Positions 50,218 to 55,820 of a stretch of 55,820 nt of DNA are shown here, one piece after another (the first letter of the stretch is position 1; the number at the start of each line of letters is the position of its first letter). The notes beneath the pieces are model-generated. The model was not told the DNA's origin and ran no database searches. It saw nothing but the letters and a program-made list of their open reading frames with translations. The stretch is from positions 1 to 55,820 of the forward strand of contig NIVC01002650.1 of NCBI GenBank assembly GCA_002269645.1, read 5' to 3'. The position numbers and the translations under genes are program-made. The DNA comes from Macrostomum lignano (lineage: Eukaryota).

Positions 50218-50228
50218 TTTAAGCTGAG

Positions 50229-50520
50229 CTTTCCAAGCCTCTGCATGTGCGGAATCTCTCCCTAATCTCATGAGAGATTTCCAAGCCTCTGCATGTGCGG
50301 AATCTCTCCCTAATCTCATGAGAGATTTCCAAGCCTCTGTATGTGCGGAATCTCTCCCTAATCTCATGTAAGATTTCCAAGCCTCTGCATGTGCGGAATC
50401 TCTCCCTAATCTCATGAGAGATTTCCAAGCCTCTGTATGAGTATGTGGGGAATCTCTCCCTAATCTCATGAGAGATTTCCAAGCCTCTGCATGTGCGGAA
50501 TCTCTCCCTAATCTTAGGTG
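50229..50520. repeat. 48-bp minisatellite immediately after the STAT stop codon
   Basis: Unit tttccaagcctctgcatgtgcggaatctctccctaatctcatgagaga. Confidence 0.93.
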
Positions 50521-51117
50521 AGATTTCCAATGATCTGATTTGCTTCATTCTGGAATCATGCCTAAGATTTTAAAAAATCCATTTGGTTTGTTTGGAAATG
50601 TTTTAAGAAATAATGAAGATGCTTCAATATTTTTGTATCGTTTTTACTAAAACTTTTTATCTTAACTTTCCAACTAACAGAACTTGTATTTTTGGAATTC
50701 CCTTCTTCTTAAAAGAACGATCAACACTTCGAGCGCCGTTAGTAACTAGGCAAAATTGTGACGAGTTTTAATTTAGTAGAACATTTGGTGCCTGTCTAGT
50801 CTAAAATCTGTATTCTATGCCTACATTCGTTTTGCTGGGAAAATGTACTAAAATTCTGTGAATAGCTTTCTTTGTATTTTATTAGTGTAATAATAGGCAC
50901 CATCCAAGTGCTATATATTCGTTCATAATGAATGTTTATCAAAAATTCAAAATTGACGCGTTAATTATTTGTTAAACAAGCCTTCAAGATCTGGGATATA
51001 TTGCTGAAATTATTATGTACAGTAGCATATATTGTATTGCTGCTTCGCTTGCAGACGCCAAAAAGCTGCAATGAAAAGCCTTCTCAGTGTAATGCTCATA
51101 GATAAGCTCATTTTGGC

Positions 51118-51555
51118 GCCTTCTCCTGATTCTTGAGCACCCTCTCCTGATTCTTGAGCACCCTCTCCTGATTCTTGAGCACCCTCTCCTGATTCTTGAG
51201 CATCCTCTCCTGATTCTTGAGCACCCTCTCCTGATTCTTGAGCACCCTCTCCTGATTCTTGAGCACCCTCTCCTGATTCTTGAGCACCCTCTCCTGATTC
51301 TTGAGCACCCTCTCCTGATTCTTGAGCACCCTCTCCTGATTCTTGAGCACCTCTCCTGATTCTTGCGCACCCTCTCCTGATCCTCGGGCACCCTCTCCTA
51401 ATCCTTGAGCACCCTCTCCTGATTCTTGAGCACCCTCTCCTGATCCTCAAGCACCCTCTCCTAATCCTTGAGCACCCTCTCCTGATTCTTGAGCACCCTC
51501 TCCTGATCCTCGGGCACCCTCTCCTAATCCTTGAGCACCCTCTCTTGATTCTTGG
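51118..51555. repeat. 21-bp minisatellite
   Basis: Unit gagcaccctctcctgattctt. Confidence 0.93.
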
Positions 51556-51784
51556 GGTAGACCCCCTGCCACCCTCCCTGATGCTGGGCGTGGGCCGCCC
51601 GTCACCCTTTCCTGACCGAACTTTGACGCTGTGACTTCATCTTGAATTCTCTTGAACCCCTTGATTTTCACCTTTTGTATGTTGACAAATTATTAATTAT
51701 CAAGTAACTTGTAGCATTCAAAATTTTAAGTCTTCTTATCGTTAAATATTGTTCTTTAAATCATTGGCTGTCCTGTTCAACTCT

Positions 51785-53574
51785 TTAAGTGCCGGTCACC
51801 AAGTCAACGAAACAGCGGCGGAGTCGTCGGCTGAACAGCAGGTACCAGAGCGGCACCAGCACCGTGTTGCAGTAGAACATGATGGTGACTGTCTTGTGCA
51901 CAGCCAGAAATTGTTGGGAACTCTTTTCGGCTGCCTCGGCCAGTAGGCCGGGCGCGCAGGTGACCAGGTAGGGCAGGGTCGGCAGCAGAAGCAGCAGGAA
52001 AGACACCAGGCTGCGCCGGACCGCCTGTCTCAGGCTCACTTGATCTCGGCGCCGTTTCAGCGCCTCTTGATGACTAAATCGGCGACTGCGGCTGATGTCC
52101 GTGAACTGAGGCTGTTGTTGTTGTTGTTGCTGCTGCTGCTGAGGCCACTCGGCTGAGGTTGCCAAACTGAGCCTTCGCGAGTCTAGCGAAGCCAAGCTCG
52201 GCTCGGCTGGCAGCTGCAGGAAGCTGTTCAACTGCATCATCGACGCGTCGCCGCCGCCGCCGGAGATGCGCTGGGGCCGGCTTAATCTGGCTCGAAAATT
52301 GGACTCGCGGTCGACCAAGATGGACACGGACTCCAGTCCGGTCTCGTAGCCAACCCGGACTGGTTGGCTCTCCGGGGACGGCGATGTCCTTGCCAACGAG
52401 TGCAGAATCGCATAGTAGCCACGGCAAATGTAGGCCACCAGACCCACTACCAGGATGATGAGGAGTGCGTATGAGGCCACTGAGCCCGCGTTTGTCTCCT
52501 TGATCACCTGGTTTTCGTGCTCCAGCCTGTATGGAACGGTTGATTAGCGGTAAAGAGCCGGTAGCTTTGACCTCGAGTCGGCTTGAACTGCCAAGTCCTC
52601 TTTCTAAAGCCAGTTGTTAGCTAATCCATCTAGACCACTCACTGTCCTGTCTGTAGCCCCCCCCCCATCTAGACCACTCACTGCCCTGTCTGTAAGCCCC
52701 CCCCATCTAGACCACTCACTGCCCTGTCTGTGGTCCCATCTAGACCACTCACTGCCCTGTCTGTGGTCCCATCTAGACCACTCACTGCCCTGTCTGTAAG
52801 CCCCCATCTAGACCACTCACTGCCCTGTCTGTAAACCCCCTCATCTAGACCACTCACTGCCCTGTCTGTAAGCCCCCCATCTAGACCACTCACTGCCCTG
52901 TCTGTAGCCCCCCCCCCCATCTAGACCACTCACTGTCCTGTCTGTGGTCCCGTCTAGACCACTCGCTGTCCTGTCTGTAGTCTCATCTAGACCACTCACT
53001 GCCCTGTCTGTAGCCCCATTTAGAGTCACACTAGAGAGCACTGAACTACCGCAACTTGCAATGGTGAATGGTGCACCAACCCAGAGAAGGCAGGCACAGT
53101 AAGCGGCAGGAATCTATTCTGCCGGCACTCCGACAGCGGCCTGAACTGCAGCAGCACCAGGAGCGAGGACAGCAGCAGCGACAGCACCCAGTCCAGCATG
53201 AGCAGCTTTCGCACTAACGCCTTCTTCCTGCTCAGCGTCACCTGGAATTGGCCCAGAACCTTGCCGCGGAAGTAGGCAATGCAGCCGAAGCATATCAGAT
53301 AGTGAAGCAGGCAGCAGACTATGATAAAACAGCTGAAGGTTTTCAGCACGACCGGCATTAGATTATGACAGGCTCGACGCTCCAGGCTAACGCGCAGTAT
53401 GGACAGGCCGATATCCACGCTAAGCAGCAGGTCGATTGCGCAGAAATTCAGCAGCAGACCGTTCGGCGGCGCGTGCAGACAAGGCGACTTGACAATGGTT
53501 AGAATCAGCGCCGAGTTGACTGTCGCTGATAGAACGAATAGCACGGCTAAAACGCTCGTCTCCCCTACTATCAT
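51785..53574 (-). CDS. Orphan rhodopsin-like (class A) GPCR (exons about 53574-53081 and 52526-51785; start and donor uncertain)
   Basis: Seven hydrophobic segments. TM1 ..SATVNSAL, TM2 NFCAIDLLL, TM3 end AYFRG (DRY position), TM4 DWVLS, a long ICL3 with polyQ, TM6 LLPTLPY, and TM7/helix 8 NTVLVPLWYLLFSRRLR. The acceptor ccatacag| is at 52526. Confidence 0.8.
52625..53020. repeat. About 33-36-bp minisatellite filling the GPCR intron
   Basis: Unit cccccatctagaccactcactgccctgtctgt(a/g). Confidence 0.93.
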
Positions 53575-54249
53575 GTCTATTATGTGGTGTATTCGATCTG
53601 CTTGTTCCGATGGCAACCTTTGCTGACAGCTGACTAGCTAAAGAGCTCAGTCTGCTAAGATCAGATGCTCAAGCAACGTGGATGGCAATCTTCGATCCTC
53701 TGCAGTTTAAATTGCGCTTCCTTTATGAGCAGTTGCTTCTCCCAATCCTTTTAACTAATCACAATCTGTTGCGCTGTGCGGGCGGAATTAGTGCCGAGTT
53801 CAGTCGCGCAATCAGATGCTGTTTAAACACAATATCAGGAAGCGATGCAAAGTGGCGGCTGTGGTCTCCTAACTCTTGTGCCCACGGCCCAACGCCACTT
53901 CGCCTCTTTCAAGACCATGTTAACGCTCTCGTGAATAGCGATAAGAGAGTTTGACTGCGGTCAACTCTGCATGTGGGCAGCAGGTCATGCGCGTTTCATC
54001 TCCTTCGTACTCGTACGATAAGTGACTTAGCTGTTTTACTATGTTTAGTTAAACACTGTTGCAGAAACAGCATTACAAAACTATTCAATATGATCCGATA
54101 TAGTATACAGTAGCGTATATAGTATTGTACCTACATGATTTACACCGTGTACTATATGATTTGCTGGTAGAGACCCATGCAGATATGATTATTAAGGTCA
54201 GCAAATCTTTAAAGAGCATGGTGGTTCCTTAATTTCTTTTAATTCAACA

Positions 54250-54950
54250 GCATAATGTACGAGTACACAGTATATATGTACATTTCGACTGTAACCAAAT
54301 TAGTTCGTCGAGCACTGACGACCACCCCTGACGCAGCGGCTGCTGTCTGAACTTTCTCAAATCATCACGAACCTGTTGAAAAAAACATACACTGCTGTCT
54401 TGGAGGAAACCCTGTTGATGCACACACTCCATCGCATATTTAAAAAAATGTTTCCAACCCAAGAGAGGACCGACGACCTTATGGCCCTGTGAACCAACGC
54501 GGCATCGCCCTTAATTATATGTACATGTACCTTGCATGGCCAAGTGCTCAACACAATCCTTCGAAATGGGCTGCTCCCTGGGCTTAACCCGCTCTCTCAG
54601 CCTTCAAATGGCTTCAGACCTGACAGATCATCGACTAACCGTCCTACAGTATACCCACGTACATATATACTGTACGAGTAGTCCCCTTGCTCGATCAAGA
54701 GCTTGCGAGCCCTAGCTAGCTGCCTCTCAGTGCGATTCTTCGACGAATGCGCCTGTCACTCGTTGGCCACGTCCTCAGACGCCACAATAGAGGCAAAGCA
54801 AAACCCTCTCGCTATAAATGGCTCTGCATGACTACCATGCACTGACATCCAGGCCATTGACCCATGTGACTGCCTCTTCTTGCTCCTCCAACTCTTCAGA
54901 AAGTTGGGTGCGATAGACCGACCCTTCCGTGTCTGAGCAGTGAGCATCTG
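54250..54950 (-). pseudogene. Possible decayed coding remnant (probably transposon-derived), unassigned
   Basis: A GC-elevated island with protein-like fragments in shifting frames (EELEEQEEAVTWVNGLDV, ERQLARARKLLIEQGDY, DDLRKFRQQPLRQGWSSVLDELIWLQ), broken by stops. Confidence 0.3.
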
Positions 54951-55820
54951 ATCAGCTGATATTATTAATATTATATATTAATCAATTGTTAGTTTATGTA
55001 GATTATTGACGCCGTATTCTTAAATAAATTTATAAAATTATTCCTAAAACTGTCGTAAAATACACAGCCTTGACATCTGTTTAAGTAGTTTTTCTGAAAA
55101 TTGTTTTACTAAAGATAAGGCTTTGGCTATTTTAAATGTTTATTATTTATTCGAAACGAGTTGCAGCGAGCGCTGTCTTATCCTGCAGAATCGTTCGTTA
55201 AATTCACTGTACGCACATTTTTTAACTATTGACATGAAACTTTCCAAAATTATGCTAAAATTATGCCAACATTTTAAAAATGTTTTGGCTATTAAATTTC
55301 ATTTGTGGGGGGTTGTAAGTTACAACCATATTAATAGCAAATATCGATGTAACTTTTATTCATTCATCATTTCAAAGTATCCAAAAATACCTTTTGAACA
55401 AGTATTTAATACATCGACTTATATTGGCCGAACAGGCTTTTTGCCAGAGCCAAACTTACTTACTCTACTACTACTAAAAAAGCTCACAACATAACATGGA
55501 ACTTTGTGCAGAAGATTTTGACTTTTGAGTGATGTCTGACTTCAGGTAGCCTCTCAGACTGGAACACACTTGGTCTATATTGCTTTCTGGCGGAGCTGCT
55601 GTTCCTGTAGGCTTGTAAATTAGTTTAATAGCTCATTAAAATGCTCGCAATACCTTTGTTTGGCATTGGGAGAAAGATTCCATGCTGTAGGCTAACTCGC
55701 AATGTTGCAATTTGTTCAGATTCAGCAGCTCAGCAGCAGGTACAACCTCAGCAGCTGGATTATAAATGGTTGTGCAGCTTGACGTCCTGCATGACTTGCA
55801 AAAATATTTTATATCTTAAG

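Overview
This is eukaryotic (animal) genomic DNA with spliceosomal GT-AG introns, GC-rich exons, AT-rich spacers and a very high tandem-repeat load. The style is consistent with a free-living flatworm such as Macrostomum, but that is an inference only. Six genes can be reconstructed: calnexin (-), SRP54 (+), a TSP1-repeat trypsin-like protease (-), a USP36/USP42-like deubiquitinase (+), a divergent STAT (+) and an orphan class A GPCR (-). There is also a partial single-pass membrane protein gene (-) at the left end. Twelve of the 14 introns modelled in these six genes carry their own unrelated mini- or microsatellite, and many of these contain splice-site-like motifs on the sense strand. The middle of the window holds a fully resolvable nest of transposons: a mariner interrupted by a hAT MITE and a solo LTR, which itself contains a second solo LTR, with an inverted sister LTR next door. 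It also holds a 3.1-kb TTAA-flanked foldback element built from 151-bp subrepeats. The most unusual signal is a ladder of nine RFX X-box-like palindromes (GTTGCCATGGYAAC), mostly at 72-bp spacing, inside the USP coding exon and conserved at synonymous positions. A second X-box-like tandem array lies just 3' of SRP54. Five single-base deletions break calnexin and SRP54 and are most likely assembly errors.
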